In this document: positions 36,900 to 50,000 of the stretch, in pieces
Position numbering within the stretch: position 1 is the first letter of the stretch
How the letters are laid out: each line of letters starts with the position of its first letter
Assembly (NCBI GenBank): GCA_951406725.2
Contig: OX597822.1
Coordinates: forward strand, 118,420,001 to 118,484,000
Source: Octopus vulgaris
Lineage: Eukaryota
Reading direction: 5' to 3'
DNA: 64,000 nt
Position numbers and translations under genes: made by a program
Notes under the pieces: generated by a model
Databases searched by the model: none
Told to the model about the DNA's origin: nothing
What the model saw: the letters and a program-made list of their open reading frames with translations, nothing else

Positions 36900-37272
36900 T
36901 GTACATTATTTACATTCAAAAGATATTTGTCCTCATCTTGTTTGTTGTTAACACAATGTTTTGGCTGATATACCCTCCAGCCTTCATCAGGTGTCTTGGG
37001 GAAATTTTGAACCTGGGTTCTCATTCCTTAGGTATTTTTCGATGTTGTTATTATTATTGTTATTCAGGTAACTGCCTGGAATCGAACTTGGAATTTTGGG
37101 GTTAGTAATAATAATAATAATAATAATATCAAAAAATACCTTAGGAATGAGAACCCAGGTTTGAAATTTTCCCAAGACACCTGATGAAGGCTGGAGAGTA
37201 TATCAGCCGAAATATTGTGTTAACAACAAACAAGATGAGGACAAATATCTGTCAAATGTAAATAATGTACAT
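36900..37272. mobile_element. Fold-back element: two ~165-bp inverted arms, each with a hammerhead motif
   Basis: Arms ~36900-37062 and ~37107-37270. Hammerhead at 37176-37221 (+) and 36950-36995 (-). Confidence 0.85.
37176..37221 (+). ncRNA. Minimal type I hammerhead ribozyme
   Basis: GACAC-CTGATGA-A-GGCTGG-agagtata-TCAGCC-GAAAT-ATT-GTGTT. Canonical core, palindromic helix III (AATATT). Confidence 0.75.
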
Positions 37273-37321
37273 AATTCCTCATCTCTTAAACATAGAAAAT
37301 ACAAACATTAACTGCCTGCCT

Positions 37322-37355
<34 letters not shown>

Positions 37356-38124
37356 CTCTCCCTCTCGCTTAATGTAACTGTCTTTCCTGTTGATCTTTCT
37401 TCATCTGCCTTTCTTAACCACATCACCAGAACATCACCCTCTCCTAAATATTGTATCCTAAACATATCTCTTTCTCTTTTTACTTTTCCCTCTCTACCTT
37501 ACAGCACATCATTAACACTTCTCTCTCCCTCTTTTCTCTCACCATCTTTTTCTGTCAGTCTTTTCCTCTTCAACTAACCATGTGATACATCTGGCCTCAG
37601 TGTATCTTTCTTCTCTACTCACACTCCTCCCCCTCTCACTTTTACTCAATCTCCACCTCCTTTACTAACTAAAGTATAACGAGCAACAGAAATTGAATGT
37701 TACAATTTGAGTTGAAGTAGCAGAAAGACTTCAAGTTTTGACACTTCTGATGAAAGTGTTTGGTCATGAGAACTGCGCTGGAAGCAAGTTCATTGGATCA
37801 ATTTACTTTCCATTTAGAATGTAGTACCAAGTTGAGAACATCACTCCAATAAGTTTTCATCCTCAACCGACATCAACTGACAAATTCTACAATGTCCTTA
37901 GTCTCAGTTTGCGATTCAGTTTTATGCAAAAATCATGTCCAGATTATCACACTGCTCTTCATACGATTCATCACTGTATATCAAAGTATGCCATAGTCCT
38001 CCTTCAGGGAGCAAAGACATGGAAAATATCATTGTGGGTCATATCTAGTCATTTCACTAACTACCTGCTTCATATAGGACTGCTTTATAACAACAGCTTT
38101 ATATAAAATGCCAGTTTGAATTGT

Positions 38125-38528
38125 CTTATTTCTTTACTGCCCTCAAGGGGCTACACACAGAGGGGACAAACAAGGACAGACAAACAGATTAAGTCGATTA
38201 TATTGGGCCCAGTGCATAAATGGTACTTATTTAATCGACCCCGAAAGGATGAAAAACATAGTCGACCTCGGCGGAATTTGAACTCAAAACGTAACGACAG
38301 ACGAAATACCTATTTCTTTACTACCCACAAGGGGCTAAACACAGAGAGGACAAACAGATTAAGTCGATTACATCGACCCCAGTGCATAACTGGTACTTAA
38401 TTTATTGACCCCGAAAGGATGAAAGGCAAAGTCGACCTCGGCGGAATTTGAACTCAGAACGTAACGGCAGACGAAATACCGCTAAGCGTTTTGCCCAGCA
38501 TGCTAACATTTCTGCCAGCTTGCCGCCT
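38125..38528 (-). mobile_element. SINE family B dimer
   Basis: Same AAAGAAATAG|GTATTTCG junction (reverse at ~38302-38319). Confidence 0.85.
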
Positions 38529-38736
38529 ACATATCCTCCAGGAATTTCAACCTGCAGAAAATTTACTCTTTTTACTATTTCTGTTTCTACCACATTACCT
38601 GCGATCATGAAATGCATTGAATATTGAATAGTAATTAATACTGGAAATTCTGTATCTATACTTTCTACACCTCTGAATCATCTACAACATAGTGTATTTA
38701 GGAAGTATATATATCTATATATATATATATATATAT

Positions 38737-39150
38737 AGGCGCAGGAGTGGCTGTGTGGTAAGTAGCTTGCTAACCAACCACATGGTTCCGGGTTCAGTCC
38801 CACTGCATGGCATCTTGGGCAAGTGTCTTCTGCTATAGCCCCGGGCCGACCAATGCCTTGTGAGTGGATTTGGTTGACGGAAAATGAAAGAAGCCTGTCG
38901 TATATATATATGTATGTATATGTGTGTTTGTGTGTCTGTGTTTGTCCCCCTAGCATTGCTTGACAACCGATGCTGGTGTGTTTATGATGTCCCCATTACT
39001 TAGCGTTTCGGCAAAAGAGACCGATAGAATAAGTACTGGGCTTACAAAGAATAAGTCCTGGGGTCGATTTGCTCGACTAAAGGCGGTACTCCAGCATGGC
39101 CGCAGTCAAAATGACTGAAACAAGTAAAAGAGAAAAAGAGTAAAAGAGTA
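38737..39150 (+). mobile_element. SINE family A, full length
   Basis: High identity to the other copies. Confidence 0.9.
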
Positions 39151-41263
39151 TATATATCTATGCATCTCACTTAGTTCATCTAACTCGGTGGTTCTTTTCA
39201 CCTATTGACCACTTTGATTACTAATCTGTTCTGGTGGACTCCTGCAGCCATTTGATGTTTAAAAACCACTTTTATAAAGACTTCTTTCAAAATGTCTGTT
39301 TTCACACATTCAATTGTTTAGTTTGAAGCAGGAGAAAGAAATCTTGCTGTTTCCTGCAATAAATACAACCAAAGCGAAATTTTTTTTTGTGGATCCCCAA
39401 TTTACTATTTTGCTTGTATAGACCCCTAAAAATCTTACATGGTGCCCCTGGGGTCATATGGACCCCATATGAGAATCCCTGCTCACTTTTGGGAATACAT
39501 ATTAAAGCATTTGAGAAATGTTGATAAAGACAACTAAATGAGCAAATATCAAGAAACTGGATTAAATATTTTCATTTTCTTCCTTGTTGTTGTTGTTGGC
39601 TGCCCCTATAGTTTATCCCTCATCCATTTAATCTCATGTAAACAGAGCTAAAGAATGACCCTGAGCCTAAGAGGCATTGACATTTGCAATCATCCAATGA
39701 ATGACTTTCCAACGGTGTCAACTTACATAAATAGAAAATATTGTTCTGCAATGAAACAGTAGTAGCAGCAGATCTCGATAAGTGACCTTCCGCCTCCCTA
39801 AAAGTGACTGATGCTAGAATTTTAAATATTTTGATGACCTACTTCTCATTACAAACCAAACTCTCTCTCTTTAGAGATTTATAAGCTGACAATAACGAAT
39901 TAATGTTTGCAGTGTTGTCATTTAGTCTCAAGCCATTCCTAAAGATCAGACCTGTGATCACAGATGCATTCCAGCTTTGACAATCCTATTTTTTCAGGCA
40001 GCATACCATCCAGAACCCCACCCTTTTGAAGATGGTATAGCTTAATGTAATAGAGGCATATAAATACTATTTCTGTTGCATCATGATTATATTGCTGGTG
40101 CCATATTTTGATGTTTATAATATTTGTAATCCTTAATATGGCAAGGAATCAAATCTAACTCAGTGTACAGAAAGTTCTTAGACTTTTTATCCTTTATCTT
40201 AATCATTGAAAAAAATAATGGTGAGGAAATAGGAAATGTGATACCCATTATGGTGTTAAGGGTTTTAGTGGCATATATGGAGTTAAATGGAATCCACTTC
40301 TCTCATCTTACTGGAAATGTACCTTTTGTGTAGCACTTTCTATAATAATAATGATGATGCAGTACCAGACAGTGACTCTCATGGCTTCTGATCTTAACTG
40401 ATTGGAAGTGTTATCATGTACATTGTTTTGTCTTGGTATAAAAGATGGGTTACAACAAATATTCTGCTCAATACCACAGATTTGCTTGTCAGTTGTTTGA
40501 CCATAACCAGTTGAGCATGTCCCTTAGTGGCTGACGATATGTGCATCTCTGATAACGAGCAGAAGTAGTGGGGGAGCATCATAGCCATGTGTTGAAAGGA
40601 AGTCTTAGAGGTTTGGATAATTCACCTTTGGAAACATGGGTGTTTCGTTCAACATCCTTAAACAATCCTTATTCAGGGAACTTTTGAGTGGGATGGGTTA
40701 CTCGACCAGAAGAAAATTCCAACTGGGCCCCCACCTGCAAGGTCATGTGCTGTTTATCTTGATATGAGATCACCATGTCGCGCACATATGGTTGTGATGC
40801 ATGTGCCTGGTGTACCCTTATCAGACGGGTAGTCATGATGGGTATACAGAGCTTTGTATATTTGTAGCCCAGTGTCACTTTGATGGCATGCACTACTCTC
40901 TCACTTAATAATGATGGTTTCAAATTTTAGCAAAGGCCAGTAATTTCAAGGCGAGGCGGATAGTTGATTAGATTAACTCCAGAACAAGATTTTTTACTTA
41001 ATTTGATCAACTCTGGAGGGAGGAAAGGTAAAGCTGACCTTGGTGAAATTTGAACTCAGAACATAGAGAGTCAGAAGAGCCACTAAGTGTTTTTGTCTGA
41101 CACACAACAACTTCTAACAGACGCTTGGCTACTTATTTTTGGGGGAGGATTTCAATCAATTCAATTGACCCCAGTATATAACTGGTTTTTACTTTATCAA
41201 CTTCAGAAGAACAAAAGACAAAAGTTCAAAGGGCAAATGGATGTCAAAAGACAAAAGTTCAGA

Positions 41264-41435
41264 GGGCGCAGGAGTGGGTGTGTGGTAAGTAGCTTGCTTA
41301 CCAACCACATGGTTCCGGGTTCAGTCCCACTGCGTGGCATCTTGGGCAAGTGTCTTCTACTATAGCCCCGGGCTGACCAATGCCTTGTGAGTGGATTTGG
41401 TAGACGGAAACTGAAAGAAGCCTGTCATATATATG

Positions 41436-41474
<39 letters not shown>

Positions 41475-41682
41475 ATAAGTCTGTGTTTGTCCCCCTAGCA
41501 TTGCTTGACAACCGATGCTGGTGTGTTTATGTCCCTGTCACTTAGCGGTTCGGCAAAAGAGACCGATAGAATAAGTACTGGGCTTACAAAGAATAAGTCC
41601 TGGGGTCGATTTGCTCGACTAAATACGGTGCTCCAGCATGGCCGCAGTCAAATGACTGAAACAAGTAAAAGAGAAAGAGAGG
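41264..41682 (+). mobile_element. SINE family A with 18-bp TSD
   Basis: AAGGGCAAATGGATGTCA at 41229-41246 and 41683-41700. Confidence 0.9.
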
Positions 41683-43075
41683 AAGGGCAAATGGATGTCA
41701 GTGAAAACACAGTATTTTGTTTGAGACTTTATTGATTCTGTCAGTCATTGTGCTTTAATAATAATAACGATAATGGTTTCTAATTTAGGTATATGGCCAA
41801 ACATAGGGATATGGTGAATTAAATCTAACTTAGTATTTGGTTTGTACTTAATTTCAGTCCTTGGAGAAGGATGGAGGCAAATTTGATGTTGGTAGGATTG
41901 AACTCTGTGTCTAAATTAGCTGAAAGACCTCAAAATGTCAGATTGTGAAAATGACATTATATCAGTCGCATTGCTTCACTGGTTTGTGTTTTATCATCAC
42001 CCCACCAGGGAAGGATGAGATGCAAAAGTGACCTTTGTGTTTGAGCCAAGGATGGTACTAAATACCACAAGGCATTTTGTCTGTTACTCTACTGATTCTG
42101 CTATCTTCTGTCAAATGGTTTTAAGGTTTAGAGTATAACTGGAGTATCATATAGAAAAACTAAAGAAAGAAAATTTTTTTGAAATGGTTGCTCAGCCCAA
42201 AATTCAGCCCTGATCAAGCTGATCTATGTTCAGAAGCATTCCACCCATGACCATCTCGTGTTTCTCATTATCTATAGTTACATTGTCTAATTTGTCCTTT
42301 TTTGTAAGGCAGGAGAACATGCCTTGGATTAAGTTTGGTTCCTATTTCTAACAGGTTGAGAGATCACATAGGATTCATGTGTCTTGTCCAGAGAGGAATT
42401 TATAAAAGTAGACAAGACCAAAATTAGATCAAGTTAAATCTAGAAGATACTTTGGTGTGAAATTAATATTTGCAGTTAATAAGGCAAATGGTTATCTCTG
42501 ATCTCTAACGAACTGTAATTGGTATCCTTTTTCGAAATTGCCCTCATAAGTGAAACATGACGTAGATACAAAAATAATGATTATAGTCAGGTGAACTTTG
42601 ACAACGATAATGATTTAATAATTAAGTCAGTTGTAACAATAATAATACTTACGGATAAGCATTTATCTGCTGGAAATTAGTTAAATTTAAGTATTTTAAT
42701 TTGCTGACTAATCAGTGTATATTAATGCACATTAATACTAAATGTTAACACTTCAGCTATGGGTTTTACATAGAGATAGCTGAAAAAATTCCAAAATATA
42801 TCTGTGATGAAAGTTATCAATCAATTACACCATGAGGTTTTCTGTTTTAATTCAAACTTTCTACTTCTTTCTCTGCACTCTTTTACCTCAAAGGTGTGTG
42901 TTTGTTGTCTTTTGCTTTTCACTTTTAATGCTGTCAGAAGTTTGCCATTACCTTCTACCGGAGCTGTGTGGAGCTTAGGTGTTTCGCTCATAAACACACA
43001 CATCGCCCGGTCTGAGATTCGAACCCTCGACCGTGAGTCTGCCGCTCTAACCACTAGGCCATGTGCCTCCATTAA

Positions 43076-43296
43076 CCCTTTAGTGTTTGCTTTATTCTGC
43101 CAAAATTAATGTTTTTTCATCCAAATTGTTTTGAATTAATCAGGCATTATCTTGTAGCTATGAAATTTTGATGAGGTAGCTGTTCATTTTTAAAACGATA
43201 TTGTAGGGTTGGTGTGAGAGTCCAGATCTGGCCAGTTTGAACATAAAACAGGCAGAATACTTTTGGCCAGATATGGCCGCTTTAAATGCTAAAGGG
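43076..43296. mobile_element. TTAA-specific (piggyBac-like) MITE
   Basis: TTAA|CCCTTTAG ... CTAAAGGG|TTAA. Related pieces at ~50500-50890, ~57007-57200 and ~59395-59663. Confidence 0.75.
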
Positions 43297-44101
43297 TTAA
43301 TGTCAACATCATACAAGTAGTGGTGTTTGTTTCTTGTCTTCCATGAAACACACTTCAAGCCATGGGGAAATGTGACCATGCTTGGAAACTGGTGAGGATG
43401 GAACAGAGCAAGGACATCCAGCCACAGAAAATCTGCTTCAATGAATTCTGTCTAACCTATGCAAGTATGGAAAAGTTGGATGTTAAAATGATGATGCTTT
43501 ATGAAGATTGTGTCATTTGAAGAAATCAATTTCGTTATTGAGATATTGATTTCTTTATGAGGCTGAGATCACCCGTTATTGTTAGGGCTGTCGTGGTTGC
43601 TTGGTAATATGTTCCACTTTAGTTCACTGTTAGTGTGTATTTCTTAACATGCCTATTACTCATCAAAAGAGATCAAATAGGACATTAGTTGCAATACAAT
43701 TGTTGATCATAAATAGTTGTTGTAAGGTCTCGAGTCAACCTTGATCCTGCACACCTGTTATTAGAAGCACTCCAGCTGTGACCATCCCTCCCACTTTTTT
43801 TTTGTTTTAGATATAGTGAAAAATCTAGGACAACATTGTTCAAGGTGTTCCTTTTAAAAATCATTAAGTATGGTTTTGAGGAAGATTTGGCTGCTGCTTC
43901 TTGTAGCTTGAGGGACTACTTAGATTCTCATGTGTTGGCTTGAAGAAATACATTTCTGCTACAAAGTAATTTAGCCCAACTTACCATTATGACAAATCTC
44001 ATTGTAATAATTACATTTTTGGAGATTTTTGATAAATTTGTTTTGTTATAAGCATAATAATAATAATAATAATAAATATTCTATTTTCCAGGTGTAAGAA
44101 A

Positions 44102-44164
44102 ATGGGTGAATTGGCCAAGACTTTGGAGTATCACAGTTTCCGAAGTACCATTCCATTAAAGAAG
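44102..44164 (+). CDS. SPG21: Maspardin coding exon 1 (exon starts 44092)
   Basis: ttttccag acceptor, AAAATGG start, MGELAKTLEYHSFRSTIPLKK, gtcagt donor. Resembles human [21 protein letters not shown]. Confidence 0.92.
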
Positions 44165-45089
44165 GTCAGTTTTAGCAATTTGGTTTTAAGACCTATTTAT
44201 ATTTTTTTTTATTGATTTGACTCAGGTTCATTCTTATTCCTGGTAGAGTTTATGTGGGTAGCAAGTTACTACCTGTAACCTTAGGTATCCACAAACTTTC
44301 AATAGTCTCATCATCATTATTATTACTATTATTAAGGCGGCGAGCTGGCAGAAGCGTTAGCATGCCGGGCGAAATGCTTAGCGGTATTTCGTCTGCCGTT
44401 ACGTTCTGAGTTCAAATTCCGCCGAGGTTGACTTTGCCTTTCATCCTTTCGGGGTCGATGTAATCGACTTAATCCGTTTGTCTGTCCTTGTTTGTCCCCT
44501 CTATGTTTAGCCCCTTGTGAGTAATAAAGAAACAGGTATTTCACCCATCTTAGCATTCTGAGTTCAAGTCCTGCCGAGGTCGACTCTGCCTTTTATCCTT
44601 TCGGGATCTCTAAAATAAGTACCAGTCCTGTACTGAGGTCAATGTAATCATCTTACCCACTCTTCTGAATTTACTGACCTTGTGTCAAAATTTGAACTCA
44701 TCACCATCATTATTACTATTGTTATTATTATAATTTATGGCAGTAAGGTGGCAGAAGCAACGTTTCTTCTGGCTCTTGGAATTTTGAGTTCAAATTCCAC
44801 CAAGGTTGGTTTTAACTTTCATCCTTTCAGGGCCAATAAAATTAGTGGGATTGGTATAATCAACTAGATCCCTCCTACCAAATATCGGGCCTTGTGCCTG
44901 TAGTGGAAAAAATTATATCATGAAGGCAGCAATCTGACAGAATTGTTAGCAGACCAGGCAATATGTTGAGCAGCATCTTGTCTTTTGTTCCTGTTTTGAG
45001 TTCAATTTCTGCCTTGGTGGACTTTGCCTTGGAATCAGTCAAAATTGAGTTCAATTAACAAAAGCAGTGTATTTCTTTAGAAATCATCA

Positions 45090-45394
45090 TCATCATCATC
45101 ATCGTTTAACGTCCGTTTTCCGCGCTAGCATGGGTTGGACGGTTCGACCGGGGTCTGGGAAGCCAGGGGCTGCACCAGGCTCCAGTCTGATCTGGCAGAG
45201 TTTCTACGGCTGGATGCCCTTCCTAACGCCAACCACTCCGTGTGAGTGTAGTGGGTGCTTTTTACGCACTACACTCGCGGAGTGGTTGGCGTTAGGAAGG
45301 GCATCCAGCCGTAGAAACTCTGCCAGATCAGACTGGAGCCTGGAGCAGGCCCTGGCTTCCCAGACCCCGGTCGAACCGTCCAACCCGTGCTAGC
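45090..45394. repeat. Fold-back of RTE 3' UTR (inverted duplication, ~130-bp arms, 13-nt loop)
   Basis: 45124-45253 is the near-exact reverse complement of 45267-45394. Confidence 0.92.
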
Positions 45395-45659
45395 AACAAA
45401 AGGGTTGACAAGATTTTCCCCAGTTACAACCTTTACTGGTTCTCTGCTGTTGTTTTTTGAAACCATGAACTTTCTAATCATGTGATACAGATAGCATTCT
45501 TACTCTCTAGCTTTCCTGCTTCCCTTTTCTTTCCAGCCACTCCTTGTCAGTTTTGCAGTTTAACTTGGTAGTTTAATGTTGGGTGTTCTGCAGTAATTTG
45601 TTGTTTTTTATGTTGTTCTTTGTGACCCGTAATACACTCTGTACATTCTTTTGCTGTTG

Positions 45660-46053
45660 TTTACTCTCTTACTTATTTCCGTCATTTGACTGTGGCCATG
45701 CTGGAGCACCGCCTTTAGTTGAGCAAATCGGTCCCAGGACTTATTCTTTGTAAGCCTGGTACTTATTCTATTGGTCTCTTTTGCCGAACCGCTAAGTTAC
45801 AGGGACATAAACACACCACCATCGGTTGTCAAGCGATGTTGGGGGGACAAACACAGACACACAAACACACACACATATAAATATATATATACATATACAG
45901 GCTTCTTTCAGTTTCCGTCTACCAAATCCACTCACAAGGCTTTGGTCAGCCCGAGGCTATAGTAGAAGACAATTGCCCAAGGTGCCATGCAGTGGGACTG
46001 AACCCAGAACCATGTGGTTGGTAAGCAAGCTACTTACCACACAGCCACTCCTG
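45660..46053 (-). mobile_element. SINE family A, full length
   Basis: High identity to the other copies. Confidence 0.9.
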
Positions 46054-46199
46054 CAATCCACTGCTGAGATGCTGCACTTATTGAAATTTGTTCTTTAGCT
46101 CCTACTGGTTCCACCCTGTTCTTGTAATATCTTTTAGTGTCTCCACAACAAATGTCTAGATGATAGTGATCGTCTTCTGCCCATTGGTCAAAATTCCAA

Positions 46200-46910
46200 C
46201 ATCACTTTCGCCAGGTGTATAAATGATGAGACAACTACAATGAATTGTATTACTCTCCTTAACAAAATCAGGAACGAAGAGATCTTTTGGTGTGCAGGCC
46301 TGCCTCCTGTGATGGAAATCCTCATTGATAGAAAATTTACTTGGTTGGGTCACATACACAAGATGGACAACAACAGACTTCCCCCAACAAATCCTTGATT
46401 CCCAACTATGCAAGGGGTAAAGAAACCATGGAAGACCTAGACTGAGATTCAAAGATACTGCAAAAAAGGAATATGAAGTGGAAAGGAATTGATTATAATA
46501 AATGGTAAACCCAAATGCAAAACTGACCAATATGGAGAAAGCTTATCAAGTCATGTCAAAACCATGAACATAGTTACGACACCTGACTGTAGATAATCTG
46601 TTCCACTTTTGGTTCTCTGGCAGACTTGGATGTCTTGTAAGATGGTTTTTCCTTCAAGTATTGATGTGTAAGAGAGTCCAGTTTGCTGGACATTGTTGTA
46701 GAGCTGAAAACGAGGTAATTTCCACTCTTCTCATCTGGAAGCCATCTACTTGCAATACCAGAGGGCGCACACTCTCCTACCCTGATGTAATCTCCAGGGA
46801 TACAGGCATCCAGCAACAGGACCTCCGTAATGCCATGATGGACCGTGAAGTCTGGCGTAGCATGGTAAATTCCATTGTCTCGACCACGGTCGAACAATGA
46901 TGATGATGAT
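46200..46910 (+). mobile_element. Two RTE-like LINE 3' fragments
   Basis: WLGHIHKMDNNRLP..GRPRLRFKD, then RVQFAGHCCRAENEVISTLLIW..AMMDREVWRSMV with a (TGA)n tail. Confidence 0.75.
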
Positions 46911-46914
46911 TGAT

Positions 46915-47730
46915 GTAGACATAATTAATTTGACTGTTGTTGTTGTTTCCATCTGGTGGTCATCGTGTTTTGTCTTGAGGATCGATTCTCTATACAAAAT
47001 AGACGTTGCCAACATGGAAGCTGTTCATATTACAATACAGCATCAGATGCTTGACATTTTTTACTGGTTTCTTGACTTGATCCACGCGGCCTGATGCTAT
47101 TCTCAATTCCTTGCTGCTCTCTGCTGGCCTGCTCTGTGTTGAAGTCACCAAGAAGCAGCTTAACATCATAACTGGGAATTTCAGTGATTGTGTCTTGCAA
47201 GTTGCAAGTATAAAACATCTTTCTCACCATTTATCTTTAGTTGGTGTGTAAACTTAGATGATGGTTGTTTTTGCTTGCTTTAACTGAAAGCCTGTTGTGA
47301 TGATGCATTCACTAATCGGCTTACCACCTGTGAATGCCTTGACAGCCTCTTTTCCCAACAACATGCTGACACCCTCTGGGGTACTGTTCTTCATGACTAA
47401 AACAGATTGTTGTGACGCTAGTTTTGGAAGTTTTCAGCACGTAGGGTTCGATTACTTCCGGTAGGCCGCTGGAAGGATTACTTCGGTAGGCCGCTGGAAG
47501 TTCCCTCATGCACATGCGCAGAGAACTGCAAACTGAAAGCGTTCCCGCTAAATCTGCCCTTTTGAACCAGCAACCCTACCAAGTGAATGTGACCAACCTT
47601 CTCTCAGGGAAAACCCCTACATATAGAGAAGCTCTCCTCTAAGCGGGAACGGAGACGGTAATTTTGGCTCAAACAAGTGAACATTTGTGAACAGTCTTGT
47701 GGACTTGGCTACCGGTTCGCCCTTAAGGAA
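46915..47730 (-). mobile_element. RTE LINE 5' region (UTR + APE remnant)
   Basis: FYTCNLQDTITEIPSYDVKLLLGDFN on -. Confidence 0.6.
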
Positions 47731-48279
47731 AATAAATATATGTGTATATATTTTTTGTATTTGAGAAACCTGGAAAAATAAAGTATTATTTATTGCTATT
47801 GAAGGCAGTCAGAGTTTTGGCTCTCTTTTTGATAATTGTATGTGACAAGATAAGACAGACACCCCACAAGTGTTCCTGAGACCTTCATCTTGTTACAAGA
47901 TTATAGTTCTGCCTTTGTGACACACTTTCCCTATTCCTATCCATATCACCTGAGGCCTAGGATGACCAACTGGTACCTTTTTAAACTCACACAGCAGTTG
48001 TGCCATCTTCTTGGCCTTATGCAATGTCACTACCTTCTAGGTTCCAATCTTCGTTACTATTTTATCATTCAAACTCCAACACATCAGGGCTTCAACTTGC
48101 TTGCAGTTTTCATTGGAATCCTTCACAAATAAATGAACTGCAAAAACCTTCCTTGCTCTGAATTTCTTGTGAAGAGTCGTTTGCTGTTTCTCTTGTGAGT
48201 TTTATTGGAACTGGGTTGCTCGCCTGACATCCAACCTTCTTCCTTTCTCAACTCAGTTTAGGACTGTAGTTAATAAGTA

Positions 48280-48640
48280 CTAGCACTATGACCTGGCAAC
48301 GCTGGGTCATAGTGCTAGTGCATGAATATACTGCTGCATGCGTGCGCACATACACGCGAGTACTGTCCAAATCTCCGACCAATCACATACAGCTCGCTGG
48401 CATTCAATTGGCGTATCAAGTTTCGGGCATTTTGATTGGGTTTTGGATAGAAAATTCACAAAAAAGTCACTTCTATTGATTTTTAATGGCTTTGCGGGAT
48501 GACTGGGGAAATGTAAAGATGTGCACGACCACCCTTGGACGGTTTTGAATGACCATAGAAAGTGTGAGCCCTCTAACTGAAAAATTGTGGTTTTGTATAA
48601 AGAACACACACAGACATTTTGCTGTTTATATATATATATA
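48280..48640 (-). mobile_element. Non-autonomous Helitron
   Basis: 3' end: 41-bp hairpin ACTAGCACTATGACC...GGTCATAGTGCTAGT ending CTAG|T. 5' end TATATAAACAGCAAAATGTCTGTGTG. Confidence 0.7.
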
Positions 48641-49487
48641 CTAGCAGAATTGCCCGGCATTGCTCGGGGCTGAATTGCTTGAAAGTACTGTTAATGATTG
48701 CACTGAATTATGATGATTATTCAGGCAAATATTGATATAAGTTTACGGTGGGAGATAAGGACTTAACGATCAAACGTGTGCCATTGCATTGTTTTGGGGG
48801 AACCAAATTTCTGATGAGCATTATAGGGGCACCAACTTTAAGTTTGAGAAAGTGTGGTGGTTGTCCGGGGTGCTCAAAGGAATTGAGTACCTCTATTGGA
48901 TAGTTGATGACGTCCTCTTGGTCAGGAGTTGTATCGATAGACTGATATACATAGACTTCCCCAGGAATGAGTTTTAGCATTTCATCATTAATATGGTGAA
49001 CAGTTTTATTCCTCGGGGCCAGTATAGCCTTTTTGCCAATCCAATCCATATTCTGATAATTAGCTTGTAAATCTGGGAACACTGCATCTCTGAGATCAGA
49101 AGGCATCTTAACAATGGTACAAATGGAATCGATGGCAATATTACCATTTTCATCCCCTGGTATTTTGCCTTCGCCAAGTGCAAGGAGGGTGTGAGGAAAT
49201 GCTGCTGATGTGATATTACGTCGCATATGAGCACGCATATTGGTGTGAAGTTTGAGAGTTACTTCCGTTTATTTAAAAAAAATATGCATTAAAATGGAAA
49301 AAAATGATGGTAAATTATTTGTAAAATCATCGACTCATCGTAGACGCGCGCTAATACCCAGAAGGGCTCGATATGAATCACGACTATAAGATACCCGGTT
49401 TTGGTTAAACTGCATCGCAAAATGTGGGAGTAGTTAGGAATCTAAATCGGAGTAGACAGACACACAACCTTTCTTTTATATATAAAT
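48641..49487 (-). mobile_element. Internally deleted Helitron retaining a PIF1-like helicase fragment
   Basis: ORF 48717-49238: KAILAPRNKTVHHIN, YQSID, YPIEVLNS, PPHFLKLKVGAPIMLIRNL..CNGTRL. Hairpin + CTAG terminus at 48641-48670. Confidence 0.9.
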
Positions 49488-50000
49488 ATTTTCGTCCTAA
49501 AAAACTTGGTATGGATTGAATGGTTACCTCTATGGAAATATATATACGCACATTATACATACATGTGTGTATAGATGAATATATAAATACATTTAAATAT
49601 CTATATACACTTTTAGGCGATCTTTCTGTTTCTTAGAGATAACTTTAGATCTTATTTTCGTCCAAAAAAACTTTATATGGAGTGAATGGTTACCTCTATG
49701 GAAATATATACACACACGTTATACATGCATGTGTGCATAGATGAATATATAAATACATTTAAATATCTATATACACTTTTGGGCGATCTTTCTGCTACTT
49801 GTATATACTTTAGATCTTATATTCGTCCTAAAAACTTTGTATGGAGTGAAAGGTTACCTCTATGGAAATATATACACACACATTATACATACATCTGTGT
49901 ATAGATGAATATATAAATACATTTAAATATCTATATACACTTTTGGTCGATCTTTCTGCTACTTGGATATAGGTCTTATATTCGTCGTAAAAAACTTTCC
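49488..50000. repeat. Tandem repeat, ~3 units of ~160-166 bp, probably inside a third Helitron extending to ~50450
   Basis: TTCGTC anchors at 49491, 49657, 49822 and 49981. Minus-strand TCTATCTCTTATTATAAAAG at ~50450 resembles a Helitron 5' end. Confidence 0.8.

Noticed and set aside
37745-37800. CTGATGA...GGAA hammerhead remnant
   Set aside because: GAAA and stems are too degenerate to call.
47560-47730. HDV-like ribozyme at the RTE 5' end
   Set aside because: Expected for some RTEs, but I could not build the nested double pseudoknot by eye. Needs an RNAMotif or Infernal search.
48717-49238. Host PIF1 helicase gene
   Set aside because: Intronless fragment bounded by Helitron termini.
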